Shown: positions 26,151 to 39,336 of the stretch, piece after piece
Layout: the number at the start of each line of letters is the position of its first letter
How positions within the stretch are numbered: the stretch's first letter is position 1
Notes under the pieces: model-generated
What the model saw: only the letters and a program-made list of their open reading frames with translations
Database searches by the model: none
Told to the model about the DNA's origin: nothing
Position numbers and translations under genes: made by a program
Assembly: GCA_964016885.1 (NCBI GenBank)
Contig: OZ024744.1
Location: 44,826,001-44,890,000 of the forward strand
Direction of reading: 5' to 3'
DNA from: Eledone cirrhosa
Taxonomy: Eukaryota
Length of the DNA stretch: 64,000 nt

Positions 26151-27870
26151 GACTTCTTTATTATTGGCAACACGTGCCGAAAATAGAGGAGTGTCCAAAG
26201 AGGGAGACAGTGGGGGTTTACAATAATATCCAGTAAAAAAAACTAAGACAATTAACAAAAAAATGTCAACAATACAACTCCCCATTGGAGTGGGGGCTTA
26301 CGACCTAGTGGGTAACGTAAGAAACCCCACAAATCCCAATCCACCCTCATATCCAAGAGCACCCTAGCATGGTACCCCTCTCTCCCTCCATCCTTCCCAC
26401 CTACACGTGCATTTACAAGGACCATACTTGCAACAATCGCCCACCCTATAAAAACATGTTCGGGGGGGGGGGGGGGCACCATTTCTCTCTCTCCACCGAA
26501 GAGGAAAGCGTCTGTCTTCAGACCTTTCAGTTGCATCCACCACACAACCTCTTTCTCTACAGCTATCAGACAGAGAAAAACTGCCTACTCTTCTCGTTCA
26601 AAAGAAGGCGGCAGGGTGATCTTCATTATGGAATCAGTTGATAGCCGGATCTGACCCACACGCGATAACAACTGTTAGACATAACTTCATGTGTCAGCAA
26701 TATACCACCACTGGACGAGTGCCTACAAAACGGTTTCGTCACTCTTGGCACATCTCGGACAGCTCCGTCTGACAGCACTATCATGCCTATAAAGTTTATC
26801 TCAAACCGGCAGGCCTCGCCGGTAGCACTGCCAAGCGCGAGATTTCTGGAAATTTCTTTCGCCATGGCCACCAGGCAGATGAAAACTGCCTGCCATTCTT
26901 GCTCCTTAAGGGAGTATGGTGGAGATATATACACAATGGACTCAGTCAATAACCGGATCCGTCCTACACGCGTCAGCAACTGTTTGACATAGCCCCACAA
27001 GTCAGCAATGCACGGGAATGGAACGAGTTCGTGCAGGGTGGTTTCGTCGCACTGCACGCATCTTGGACAGGTTCGGTTGATGACACTTCCGTACCTGTAA
27101 AGCTTATTTCGAACCGGCAACGCTCCTCAGTAGCACTTCCGTACACGGCCCATGACGCTGTCGGATGGCATGGACTTGCCTCGCCAGGTACCGAGATGCA
27201 AGCCCACAGAATTTTCCTGGTTTAACTTTGCTCCTGTGACGGCTTCATCTTCCTTGAGAGCGCTGCCGAGCATCTGGACATGTCCGGCACTTGACACTAC
27301 GAGGGTGACATCGTTGGCGTAAGCCGATATGGACCTCCCACATCCTAGTTCGCGTGGGGCGCCTCTCACCCCTCGCAATTTGTGCTGTAATAGCTCGATG
27401 GCCAATACGTACGAGAGTAACGAAGGGGACAGCCCTGGCAGACCGAGCACATGCTGCAGAACGGGTGTAACAGGTGATCGTTCACCCTCACAACTGAGCA
27501 TATGTCGCTGTGCATCCAACCCCGGAAAACAGGCCCGATACCAATTGCCTCGAGGACCGCCACCAAGTACCGTCGGTCGACCCTATCAAATGCTTTAGAT
27601 TGATCCAAGTCCCCACCCGTAGCAGGTTCTTGAACCACCTTGCTAACACCTTGGACAAAATCTTGAAATATGTGTTTAACAGAATTATGGGCCTGAAGTT
27701 GTCTATAATGTCCCCCTTGTTCGGGTCTTTTCTCAGCAGCGTCACCGCTCCCCGGCTCACAAAACTGGGAGTGCTCCCGTTCTCCTGCCAGTTGGAGTAG
27801 ACATCTGGCATGTACGTATGAACTTCGTAGGGCAGACCATCCAAACCAGGTGATTTACCCCTCCTGCAGT
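26150..27870 (-). mobile_element. Degraded, internally deleted ORF2/3' end of an L1/Tx1-like LINE
   Basis: GKSPGLDGLPYE, FRPI.LLN, DQSKAFDRVD, SAYAND, CPRC..ET..H. Confidence 0.85.
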
Positions 27871-28049
27871 CAGACAACAACAACCACACCACCACCAGTA
27901 TCAACAAAAATACCAACAACGCAAACAAAACAAAACACACACACCCAACAGCAACAAGAAGAAAACAGCAACAAAATCACCCCTCTCACAAAAATTACAC
28001 AGCCATAAACATGGCAAATAAAGAACTCATACAATATATAAAGCAGCAC

Positions 28050-31000
28050 ACAGACATCATCATTGTAAATATTACTACGTTTGCCAACACTAAAAATATA
28101 AGCAGTAGCAATATTTTAAATTTGTCTCAGACAGACATTTATTTCCCGCCATTACCAATGACTGCAGGTGTTAAAGCCTCCCCCCCCCCCCCCCACCACC
28201 ACCACCACAGCGACAACAGAAACAAAATAAAAAAATAAATTAACTCGTGATATCGAAGTGAATTCAACCAAAATGAACTCTTCCACACCGAACACCACTG
28301 ACGTCACCACCACCACAACTGAAACTAAAATTAATAATAACAAAAATAACGATAACAACAACAGCAACAATGACATTAAGAAAACCTCCCTGACTTTTGC
28401 AGAGTTGCAAAACAGTGCGAAGCATTTCAGGTAACTTAGGAGGAATTAGAAGAAGCCACAAAAATGGTAAAGAAAGATGGGTACAGGGTCAGCCTCACCG
28501 CCACCTAATAAAATGGAGCATCGGCGCCTATGCACCGTGTCTTATCGAACAATTAATATAAAATCGCGTCGAGTGGAACGGGCATCCGAGTCCCAAATCC
28601 AAAAAGCTTTGGGACATGTGTGGGCAAAAAAACCCCACATCATACGTGGGCAGAAATATGGAACCGTGGACGTGTTCTTTGAAATACCACAGGAGGCTAG
28701 AGAACACTCCATGGCCCCATTAAGAAGTGACGACTTCACACTCGTACCAAGATATTGTGGCCAGAGACTCGTAAAGATCAGGGTGACCCACGTTCCACCG
28801 GCCATCGAAATTCCCTGGATAATAGCTGCCGTCCTCGCCGGCATCGAAGCCAACACCAAGATAATCTAAATAGCGAAAGAAAAGCAGGAGAACTGGTGCG
28901 GATCAGGGATGGAGCTCCTGATCCAAGCGGACCAAAAAGGCATTGAGGAGATCCCAGAGGTAATATACCTCACTGACGGCAGCCACCTCACTGTAATCGT
29001 CGAGGGCAGAAGGCCGAGGTGTGTCGTTTGTGCTAAAGGAACCCACCTAAGGGCTTTCTGCCCTCAGGCTAAAAGGTTGAGGCCACCTCTCTTACCCACC
29101 CCAGTGACTCAACCATCAACACCACCAGCAGCAGAGATGGCAGCAACAACTGTAGCAGCAACAACAGAAGCAACTGTAACAGCAATAACCCCAGCAACAG
29201 TAGTAAAACCAACACCACCACCACCCAACGCGCCAGAACTAGCCCCAAGCCTACACCATCCACCACGCCACAACCATAAACCAACGCCTGAGGATGATTT
29301 TCCACTCCCCGGCTTATCGCAACTGAAGACAAGGAGTAGGAAATGGTATCAGGAAAAAATAAAATAAGAAACCAAAATATAAAAAATTCTCGTCCCTCCC
29401 CCTCCAAAAACAAAATACAGAGGGAAACAAATAAACTATCAAACAAAAAAGTTAGGACAGGCATGCCACCATCCACACCAGCATCACCAACCCCATCACC
29501 ACAAACACCAACACCATCACCAACATTAACCCCAACACCACCATCACCAACACCACAAAAGTCACCAAAGAGCGAAACAGAAACAAACCCACAACAAACG
29601 CAAAGAAAACAAAACAACCAAAACGATACACACTACACAGCATTAAATTTGAACAACAACCAATTATTACACTACATCCAACTCAACACCAGCATCACAG
29701 AAAAAGACTACACAACAACCTAAAAGTTCACACCACCTCCACACATACAAATCACTCGCATCACACAGAAAACGTACACGACACTAAAACAAAAATTCCC
29801 CAAAGACATCGGAGACTTCCGACAAACACTCTCCAGGAGGATTTATAAGGACATCCTTCTGGAGGAGGCCACAAGCAGTGAAAAGAAGTAAGGTAAGTGG
29901 TCTTTCCCATCTTTTCCACTCCATTTCAACATGACCTCACTCAGAATAGGCAACATAAATGCGCGTGGCTTGGGGTCGTCATGGAAGCAGGGCCACCTGC
30001 TCAACGACGTCAGGTCACTAAACATAGATGTAGTGGCCATCAGCGATACCAGAACTCCGAAGCACGGGCCTTCGCACCGATCTTCGGCGGCTACAATGTG
30101 TACGCATCTCCCAGCCGTCCGGGATCGGGGGGAGGAGTTGCTGTGCTTTTTCGGAGAGGTTTGGATCTCGCCATACGGGCCATCTTCCTGGACACAGAAG
30201 GTAAGTTGGTGGTGCTGGACGTGACCAGCGGAGACGGGCAAGCTTTCAGGCTAGTCGCCGTCTATGACCCGACAGGAGCAGGGCGGCCTGATTTCTTCCG
30301 GTGTCTTGAGACCTTTCTTGGAACGTCCCGCTCTTTAGTGTTAGTGGGCGACTGGAACGGGATCTTAGATGCACGCTGGGACTGTGTGGGATCAGCGGAT
30401 AGGGGAGGACGGTGCAAGAGCCTCACCAACCTGCCTGAACTGTCTGACAGGTACCGATTGGATTTCCCAAATGTGCCAATGTGGACTTGGACAAATCGCA
30501 TAGGGTCATCCAGATCATATCTAGATAGAGTATTTTGTAGGGAAATAGATAGGTCTAGCATAGGCTGTCCACAATTCAAGATAGTCAGCTACACGGACCA
30601 CAAATTCGTGATCTGTGTGCTTGACTTAGATAGGCTTCATAGACGAGGACCCGGCTACTGGAAGCTAAACGCGCCCTTACCAACGCGCAAGCCCTACAGT
30701 GACCGGATTAGCGAACAAGTTAAGCGGGCGTTAACGGTGGCCATCGTCAACAACAAGTGGTGGTTTGCTCTGAAAAGAGCGATTAGAATAGAATTGATTA
30801 GATTTAGTAAGGCTTTAGCAATAGAGAAAAATAGAGCAGAGGGAGAATTAGTTAGAAAATTAGACGAGGAGCTTAGCAAAGGCATCGCGACCGACGTACT
30901 TGCGGCGAAATTGGCCCTTGACCAATCCTTCAATGCAAAGCACGAAGGCTGCGTTGTCAAAGCTAGAGTGCGTGCTCTCAGACACGAGGGGACGAAAGCC

Positions 31001-33501
31001 GTTCAATGGACCCGAGTGGCGGAGGCGCGTCGTGGCAACAAAGCCACGATCCGGTCTTTGGTGGACCACGACGGGCACATGCTACTCGAACCCGGGCAAA
31101 TGTGTGAAGCTTTTCAGCGACACTTCGCACAGCTGTTCGGGGGCAACGGCGGGCCGGATCGAGGGATGGACTTTAGTGTCTACCTCGACGGACTGCCGCG
31201 GCTCTCGGCCACTGAGGCGGAGTGTTGCGAAAAGCCGATAACAGCCGCTGAAGTACGGGAGGCAATGACTGACTGCACAAGAGCTAAATCGCCTGGTTTG
31301 GATGGTCTGCCCTATGAACTTTACGTACAGATGCCAGACTTGTTCGGAGGCCTCTTGGCGGACGTCTACTGCTACTGGCAACAGAACGGGAGAATTCCAA
31401 GCTCTGTGAGCCGAGGAGCTGTGGCGCTGCTGAGAAAGGATCCGAACAAGTGGGATAACATAGATAATTTCAGGCCCATAACTTTGCTAAACACAGAGTT
31501 CAAGATTTTGCCCAAGGTGCTAGCAAAAAGGTTGGCGCTTGTCGTTGGTGGTCTGGTGGGAGAGGCGCAGACGTCTGCTCCATTCTCGACAGATCCATCC
31601 ACGACAATCTCCACCTCATGCAATACATCGTAGAGAGGGTAGCTAGGAAACCTGGCACGGGTGGGTCCTTGATCAATTTAGATCAGTCGAAAGCTTTCGA
31701 TAGGGTCGACCATCGTTACCTAGCGGCAGTCCTGAGAGTGGCTGGCTTTGGGCCCGTCTTCAGAGGCTGGATCGCTGCCATACACAGCGACATCTGCTCT
31801 ATGGTGAGAGTGAACCGTCACCTTTCGGAACCGTTCAACAACATGCGCTCGTCCGCCAAGGATGTCCCCTCTCGTCCCTCTTGTACGTATTGACTCTCGA
31901 GCCATTGCTGCACAAACTGGAGACGTTGAGGGGGATCCCGCGCGAACTAGGGTGCGGAAGATCCGTGTCAGCACATGCGGACGATGTTACTGTGGTGGTG
32001 TCAAACGCCACACACATCGAGGCGATCGGCACTACACTAAGAGAATACCAAGCGGTGACAGGAGCAATGATCAACCAGCAAAGTCAGTGGGCCTGCAGCT
32101 CGGCACCTGGAGAGGCAGGTCCATGCCGTCAATCGGCGTCGTCGGGCGCTTGACGGACGGACCGGTTAGTTTGATAGGGGTCTGGTTCGGTCCTGACCTC
32201 CAGACGGACAAAAACTGGGACGAGGTGACGAGCAGAGTGGCTTCTCTCACCCAGAAATCGGCGGAGGGGAAGCTATCCCTGAAAAGTCGAGCGGAGGTGG
32301 CTAACACGTACATCGCATACGTCATCTACTACCGCCTGACCGTCGTACCTTGTCCTAAGACCCGTCTGACTGCGCTGGAGCGTTTGCTCTTTCGCTTTTT
32401 GTGGAAGGGACGCGCTCCGATGGTCAGTTGGTCCATCTGCTTCAACACCCGCTACGTGGAGGGCTGGGCATGCCGTGGTTGATGATGCGCAGACACGCGA
32501 TCAGGCTACAACACCTCCACCTCTTCCTCGACGGTGATCAGGTGTGGTTGCCGTTTGCTAGACACGTCTTTCCCCAGCTCGTCTCCTTGACGCAGCTGCA
32601 GTCCTGGGTCAAGCGAAGACCGAGAGGGAGCGCTTGGAGACTGGAATGTCTTCAGGCGCTCACAGCCCTCGACCAATCGGGCAATGTGATCGGTGGAAAC
32701 TCCCCCTTGGCGTTCTATAGAGGATTAGTGGAGGGGAAGAGCGACGACGTACTTGGAGAAACTCTAGGCGTCGACGAAAATCAACTAGCCAATCTCTTCG
32801 GAAGGACTTTTGGGCCAGGGCCTATGGACATCTTCCAGAAATCCCTGGCCTGGCAGTGCTACCGAGGAGCTTTGCCAGTTCGGGATAAACTCTACAGGCA
32901 TGGAGGTGCCGTCAGCCGAGCATGTCCGAGATGCGCGCAGGGCGACGAAACCGTCCTGCACGCACTCGTCCAGTGTCCGAGCATTGCTGACTTGTGGGTT
33001 TATGTCGAACACCTGCTGTCACGTGTAGGACGGATCCAACTATCAGCTGAGTCCACCGTGAGGATTGCCCCGCCCTCTTCCTTTAGCCGGGAAGGGCAGG
33101 CAGTTTTTATATGTCTGGTGGCCATGGTGAAAGAGATAGTATGGTGGACACGTTTGAAAGGGCTGAAGACGAGCACTTACCTCTTCGGTGATGCCCTGAT
33201 TAACTTTTTCAAATTTCATTTGAAAAGGAAAATCAAGGGAGAGAGGGAAGTGTTCTCTTCCCAGCATTTTGTTGAAAGATGGATGAGAGAAGCAAGTATG
33301 GCCGGTGTATGTGACCTTTTAATGGGCTTTCCCACAAATGTCCCTCGGAAGTCTCCTCTTTATTGGGGAATTTTTCTTTGTTATTTTATTACATCCTCTG
33401 TTTTATTTTACACGCAGAAATGCCCTTTTGTACCGTCCTGTATTGTCCTGTACTGTCCTTAATGTCTACTTCATGTAAGCCCTTGTGATTAATAGAGAAA
33501 G

Positions 33502-33534
<33 letters not shown>
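28050..33534 (+). mobile_element. L1/Tx1-like LINE family A, copy 1 (frameshifted), with (TTA)n tail
   Basis: ORF1 pieces contain CVVCAKGTHLRAFC (CCHC). ORF2 pieces cover APE, RT and Zn domains. Nearly identical to 33744-39730. Confidence 0.93.
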
Positions 33535-33738
33535 GGATTGGCAGTATCGGTAGAGGGTCGGACGCCATGCTTTGACGCATAGAGTTACGGCCCTTGCCAT
33601 TCTGAGTTCAAATCCCGCCGAGGTTAACTTTGCCTTTCATCCTTACGGGATCGATAAAATAAATTACCAGTAATGTACTGGCTCGTTTGTCTGGCCTTGT
33701 GCCAATAGTAGAAACAATTATTATTATTATTATTATTG
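33535..33738 (+). mobile_element. tRNA-type SINE with (TTA)n tail
   Basis: A-box-like tggcagtatcgg, B box gagttcaaatccc, a conserved body and a tail. It is multi-copy in the window. Confidence 0.88.
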
Positions 33739-33936
33739 TTATTGGCGACCTACGTAGTAAATTGTATCATCGTGAGCTCCGCAAAGGTTTGTTATTTCCG
33801 TTTGTTAAAAATTGTCATTTATGGAAAATTTTATTGTTAACTGTTTATAAGCGCACATACATTGTTTTCCGAAAAGGACACCCCAAAAGATTGGGGCCTT
33901 GTGCCCAAAATTTAAACTTTTATTATTATCAAAAAA

Positions 33937-35876
33937 ATGTCTTTGAAAAAAATGGCTAATTCACCTCTGCACGAAGCAGCTGAAAGCCTTCCTCACAAAT
34001 TAACACCTCACACCGACACCACCATTGTAAATGTTACTACGTTTGCCAACACAAAAAAAAATATAAGCACTAGCAATATTTTAAAATTGTCTCAGGCAGA
34101 CATTCATTTCCCACCATTACCAATGACTGCAGGTGTTAAAGCCTCCACCACCACCACCACCACCGCGACAACAGAAACAAAAGAAGAAAAAAATAAACTA
34201 ACTCGTGATGTCGAAATGAAATCAAGCAAAATGGACTCTTCCCCCACCAAAGACGACTGACGTCACCACCACCACAACTGAAACTAAAATTAATATTAAC
34301 ACAAATAACGATAGCAACAACAACAACAATGACATTATAAAACCAACCCTCAGTTTCGCCATAGTAGCAAAACAGTTCGAAGCGTTTACGGTAACTCAGG
34401 AGGATTTAGAAAATGCCAAACAAATGGTAAAGAAAGATGGGTACAGGGTCAGCCTCCCCCTCCCCCACCACCCACCTAATAAAATGGAGCATCGGCGCCT
34501 ATGCACCGTGTCGTATAGAACAATAAATGTAAAATCGCGCCGAGTGAAACGGGCATCCGAGTCCCAAATCCAAAAAGCTTTGGGATATGTGTGGGCAAGA
34601 AAAACCCACATCAGACGTGGGCAAAAATATGGAACCGTGGACGTGTTCTTTGAAACACCAGAGGAGGCTAGAGAACACTCCATGGCCCCATTAAGAAGTG
34701 ACGACTTCACACTCGTCCCAAGCTATTGTGGCCAGAGACTCGTAAAGATCAGGGTGACCCACGTTCCACCGGCCATCGAAATTCCCTGGCTAATAGCGGC
34801 TGTCCTCGCCGGCATCGAAGCCAACACGAAAATAATAGCAATAGCAAAAGAAAAGCAGGAGAACTGGTCCCTATCTGGGATGGAGCTCCTGATCCAAGCG
34901 GACCAAAAAAGCATTGAGGAGATCCCAGAGGTAATAGACCTCACTGACGGCAGCCACCTCACGGTAATTGTCGAGGGCAGAAGACCTAGGTGTGTCGTTT
35001 GTGGTGAAGGAACCCACCTAAGGGCTTTCTGCCCTCAGGCTAAAAGGTTGAGGCCACCTCTCCTACCCACCCCAGTGACACAACCATCAACACCACCATT
35101 AGCAGAGATGGCAGCAACAACTGTAGCAGCAACAACAGAAGCAACTATAACAGCAACAACCCCAGCAACAGTAGCAAAACCAACACCACCACCACCACCA
35201 GCAAAACCAACACCACTATCACCCAACGCTTCAGAACTAGCACCAGTGCCTAACCATCCACCACGCCACAACCAAAACTAACGGCCGTGGATGATTTTCC
35301 ACTCCCCGGCCTATCACAACTGGAGACAGATTGTGACGACGAGGAGTGGGAAACGATATCCGGAAAAAAAAAAAGAAACCAAAAAAGAAAAAATTCTCTT
35401 CCTTCCCCCTCCAAAAACAAAAAAAAAGAGGGAAACAAATAAACTAAGAAACAAATAAGTTAGGACAGATATACCACCATCCACACCAGCATCACCAACC
35501 CCATCAACCCAAACACCAACACCATCACCATCATTAACCCCAACACCACCATCACCTACACCACAAAAGTCACCAAAATGCGAAACAGAAACAAACCCAC
35601 AACAAACGCAAACAAAACAAAACAACCAAAACGATACACACTACACAGCATTAAATTTGAACAACAAGCAATTATTACACTACATCCAACACAACACCAG
35701 CATCACAGAAAAAGACTACACAACAACCCCAAAATTCACACCACCTCCACACATACAAATCACTCGCATCACACAGAAAACGTACATGACACTAAAACAA
35801 AAATTCCCCAAAGACATCGGAGACTTCCGACAAGCACTCTCCAGGAGGATTTATAAGGACATCCTACATCCTTCCT
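33937..35876 (+). pseudogene. ORF1 (gag-like, CX2CX4HX4C knuckle, Pro/Thr-rich tail), broken by stops and frameshifts
   Basis: ORFs 33937-34260, 34424-35281 (CVVCGEGTHLRAFC) and 35657-35878. Confidence 0.8.
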
Positions 35877-35973
35877 GAGGAGGCCACAAGCAGTGAAAAG
35901 GATGGAAAAACCGTCCTTCCCCTACGAGAAGTAAGGTAAGTGGTCTTTCCCATCTTTTCCACTCCTTTTCAAC

Positions 35974-38900
35974 ATGACCTCACTCAGAATAGGCAGCATA
36001 AATGCACGTGGATTGGGGTCGTCATGGAAGCAGGGCCACCTGCTCAACGACCTCAGGTCACTAAACATAGATGTAGTGGCCATCAGCGAGACCAGAATGT
36101 CCGAAGCACAGGCTTTCGCACCGATCTTCGGCGGCTACGATGTGTACGCATCTCCCAGCCGTCCGGGATCGGGGGGAGGAGTTGCTGTGCTTTTTCGGAG
36201 AGGTTTGGATCATGCCATACGGGCCATCTTCCTGGACCCAGAAGGTAAGTTGTTGGTGCTGGACGTGACCAGCGGAGACGGCCAAGCTTTCAGGTTAGTG
36301 GCCGTCTATGCCCCGACAGGAGCAGGGCGGCCTGATTTCTTCCGGCGTCTGGAGACCTTTCTTGGAACGTCCCGCTCTTTAGTGTTAGTGGGCGACTGGA
36401 ACGGGATCTTAGATGCACGCTGGGATTGTGTGGGATTAGTGGATAGGGAAGGAGGGTGCAAGAGTCTCACGAACCTGCTCAGACGTTTTGAACTGTCTGA
36501 CAGGTACCGAATGGATTTCCCGAATGTACCAATGTGGACTTGGACAAATCGCATAGGGTCATCCAGATCATATCTAGATAGAGTATTTTGTAGGGAAATA
36601 GATAGGTCTAGCATAGGCTGTCCACAATTCAAGATAGTCAGCTACACGGACCACAAATTCGTGATCTGTGTGCTTGACTTAGATAGGCTCCATAGGCAAG
36701 GAGCCGGCTACTGGAAGCTAAACGCGTCCTTACCAGCGCGCAAGGCCTACAGAGACTGGATTAGCGAACTAGTTAAGCGGGCGTTGACGGGGGCCATCGT
36801 CAACAACAAGTGGTGGTTTGCTCTGAAAAGAGCTATTAGAATAGAGTCCATTAGGTTTTGTAAGACTTTAGCAATAGAGAAAAATAGAGCAGAGGGAGAA
36901 TTAGTTAGAAAATTAGATGAGGCGCTTAGCAAAGGCATCGCGACCGACGTACTTGCTGCGAAATTGGCCCTTGACCAATTCTTCAATGCAAAGCACGAAG
37001 GCTGCGTTGTCAGAGCTAGGGTTCGTGCTCTCAGACACGAGGGGACGAAAGCTGTTCAATGGGCGCGAGTGGCGGAGGCGCGTCGTGGCAACAAAGCCAC
37101 GATCCGGTCTTTGGTGGACCACGACGGGCGCATGCTACTCGATCCCGGGCAAATGTGTGAAGCTTTTCAGCGACACTTCGCTCAACTGTTCGGGGGCAGT
37201 GGCGGGTCGGATCGAGGGATGGACTTTAGTGTCTACCTCGACGGACTGCCGCGGCTTTCGGCCACTGAGGCGGAGTGTTGCGAAAAGCCGATAACAACCG
37301 CTGAAGTACGGGATGCAATAACTAGTTGCACAAGGGGTAAATCGCCTGGTTTGGATGGTCTGCCCTATGAACTTTACGTACAAATGCCAAACTTGTTCGG
37401 AGGCCTCTTGGTGGACGTCTACTGCAACTGGCAACAGAACGGGAGAATTCCCAGCTCTGTGAGCCGAGGAGCGGTGGCGCTGCTGAGAAAGGATCCGAGC
37501 AAGGGGGATAACATAGATAATTTTAGGCCCATAACTCTGCTAAACACAGAGTTCAAGATTTTGGCCAAGGTGCTAGCAAAGAGGTTGGCGCTTGTCGTTG
37601 GTGGTCTGGTGGGAGAGGCACAGACATGCGCCATTCCCGACAGATCCATCCACGACAACCTCCACCTCATGCGATACATCGTAGAGAGGGTAGCTAGGGA
37701 ACCTGGCACAGGTGGGTCTTTGATCAATTTAGATCAGTCGAAAGCCTTCGATAGGGTCGACCATCGTTACCTAGCGGCAGTCCTGAGGGCGGCTGGCTTT
37801 AGGCCCATCTTCAGAGGCTGGATCGCTGCCATGCACAGCGACATCTGCTCTGTAGTGAGAGTGAACGGTCACCTTTCGGAACCGTTCAACATCATGCGCT
37901 CGGTCCGCCAAGGATGTCCCCTCTCGTCCCTATTGTACGTATTGACTCTCGAGCCATTACTGCACAAACTGGAGACGTTGAGGGGGATCCCGCGCGAACT
38001 AGGATGCGGAGGATCCGTCTCAGCATATGCCGACGATGTCACCGTAGTGGTGTCGAACGCCAAACATATCGAGGCGATCGGCACTACACTAAGAGAATAC
38101 GAAGCGGTGACAGGAGCAATGATCAACCAGGAAAAGTCAGTGGGCCTGCAGCTCGGCACCTGGAGAGGCAGGTCCATGCCGTACAACAGCGTCGTCGGGC
38201 CCTGGACCGACGGACCGGTTAAATTGCTAGGGGTCTGGTTCGGTCCGGACCTCCAGACGGACAAAAACTGGGACGAGGTGACGAGCAGGGTGGCTTCTCT
38301 CACCCAGAAATGGGCGGAGAGGAAGCTATCCCTGAAAGGTCGAGCGGAGGTGGCGAATGCGTACATCGCATCCGTCATCTACTACCGCCTGACCGTCGTA
38401 CCTTGTCCTAAGCCCCGCCTGACTGCGCTGGAGCGTTTGCTCTTTCGCTTCTTGTGGAAGGGACGCGCTCCGATGGTCAGGCGGTCCATCTGCTGTCAAC
38501 ACCCGCTACGTGGAGGGATGGGAATGCCGTGGCTGATGATGCGCAGACACGCGCTCAGGATACGACATCTCCACCTCTTCCTCGACGGTGATCAGGTGTG
38601 GTCGCCGTTTGCTAGACACGTTTTTTCCCAGCTCGTCTCCTTGACGGAGCTGCAGTCCTGGGTCAAGCGAAGACCGAGAGGGAGCGCTTGGAGACTGGAA
38701 TGTCTTCAGGCGCTCACAGCCCTCGACCAATCGGGCAATGTGATCGGTGGAAACTCCACCTTGGCGTTCTATAGGGGATTAGTGGAGGGGAAGAGCGACG
38801 ACGTACTTGGAGAAACTCTAGGCGTCGACGAAAATCAACTAGCCAATCTCTTCGGAAGGACTTTCGGGCCGGGGCCTATGGACAACTTCCAGAAATCCCT

Positions 38901-39336
38901 GGCCTGGCAGTGCTACCGAGGAGCTTTGCCAGTTCGGGATAAACTCTACAGGCATGGAGGTGCCGTCAGCCGGGCATGTCCGAGATGCGCGCAAGGCGAC
39001 GAAACCGTCCTGCACGCACTCGTCCAGTGTCCGAGCATTGCTGACTTGTGGGTTTATGTCGAACACCTGCTGTCACGTGTAGGACGGATCCAGCTATCAG
39101 CTGAGTCCATCGTGAGGATTGCCCCGCCCCCTTCCTTTAGCCGGGAAGGGCAGGCAGTTTTTATCTGTCTGGTGGCCATGGCGAAAGAGATAGTATGGTG
39201 GACACGTTTGAAAGGGCTGAAGACGAGCACTTACCTCTTCGCTGATGCCCTGATTAACTTTTTCAAATTTCATTTGAAAAGGAAAATCAGGGTAGAGAGG
39301 GAAGTGCTCTCTTCCCAGCATTTTGTTGAAAGATGA
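35974..39336 (+). CDS. ORF2: APE endonuclease + reverse transcriptase + C-terminal zinc knuckle (L1/Tx1 type)
   Basis: INARGL, SETR, VYAP, GDWN, YLDR, TDH (APE); KSPGLDG, FRPITLLN, DQSKAFDRV, RQGCPLS, YADD (RT); CPRC..ETVLH..C. The stop is probably premature by about 18 codons relative to the 49168 homologue. Confidence 0.95.
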   Translation: MTSLRIGSINARGLGSSWKQGHLLNDLRSLNIDVVAISETRMSEAQAFAPIFGGYDVYASPSRPGSGGGVAVLFRRGLDHAIRAIFLDPEGKLLVLDVTSGDGQAFRLVAVYAPTGAGRPDFFRRLETFLGTSRSLVLVGDWNGILDARWDCVGLVDREGGCKSLTNLLRRFELSDRYRMDFPNVPMWTWTNRIGSSRSYLDRVFCREIDRSSIGCPQFKIVSYTDHKFVICVLDLDRLHRQGAGYWKLNASLPARKAYRDWISELVKRALTGAIVNNKWWFALKRAIRIESIRFCKTLAIEKNRAEGELVRKLDEALSKGIATDVLAAKLALDQFFNAKHEGCVVRARVRALRHEGTKAVQWARVAEARRGNKATIRSLVDHDGRMLLDPGQMCEAFQRHFAQLFGGSGGSDRGMDFSVYLDGLPRLSATEAECCEKPITTAEVRDAITSCTRGKSPGLDGLPYELYVQMPNLFGGLLVDVYCNWQQNGRIPSSVSRGAVALLRKDPSKGDNIDNFRPITLLNTEFKILAKVLAKRLALVVGGLVGEAQTCAIPDRSIHDNLHLMRYIVERVAREPGTGGSLINLDQSKAFDRVDHRYLAAVLRAAGFRPIFRGWIAAMHSDICSVVRVNGHLSEPFNIMRSVRQGCPLSSLLYVLTLEPLLHKLETLRGIPRELGCGGSVSAYADDVTVVVSNAKHIEAIGTTLREYEAVTGAMINQEKSVGLQLGTWRGRSMPYNSVVGPWTDGPVKLLGVWFGPDLQTDKNWDEVTSRVASLTQKWAERKLSLKGRAEVANAYIASVIYYRLTVVPCPKPRLTALERLLFRFLWKGRAPMVRRSICCQHPLRGGMGMPWLMMRRHALRIRHLHLFLDGDQVWSPFARHVFSQLVSLTELQSWVKRRPRGSAWRLECLQALTALDQSGNVIGGNSTLAFYRGLVEGKSDDVLGETLGVDENQLANLFGRTFGPGPMDNFQKSLAWQCYRGALPVRDKLYRHGGAVSRACPRCAQGDETVLHALVQCPSIADLWVYVEHLLSRVGRIQLSAESIVRIAPPPSFSREGQAVFICLVAMAKEIVWWTRLKGLKTSTYLFADALINFFKFHLKRKIRVEREVLSSQHFVER

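Noticed and set aside
33535-33625. tRNA gene (A/B boxes)
   Set aside because: No cloverleaf is evident; it is the head of a multi-copy SINE.
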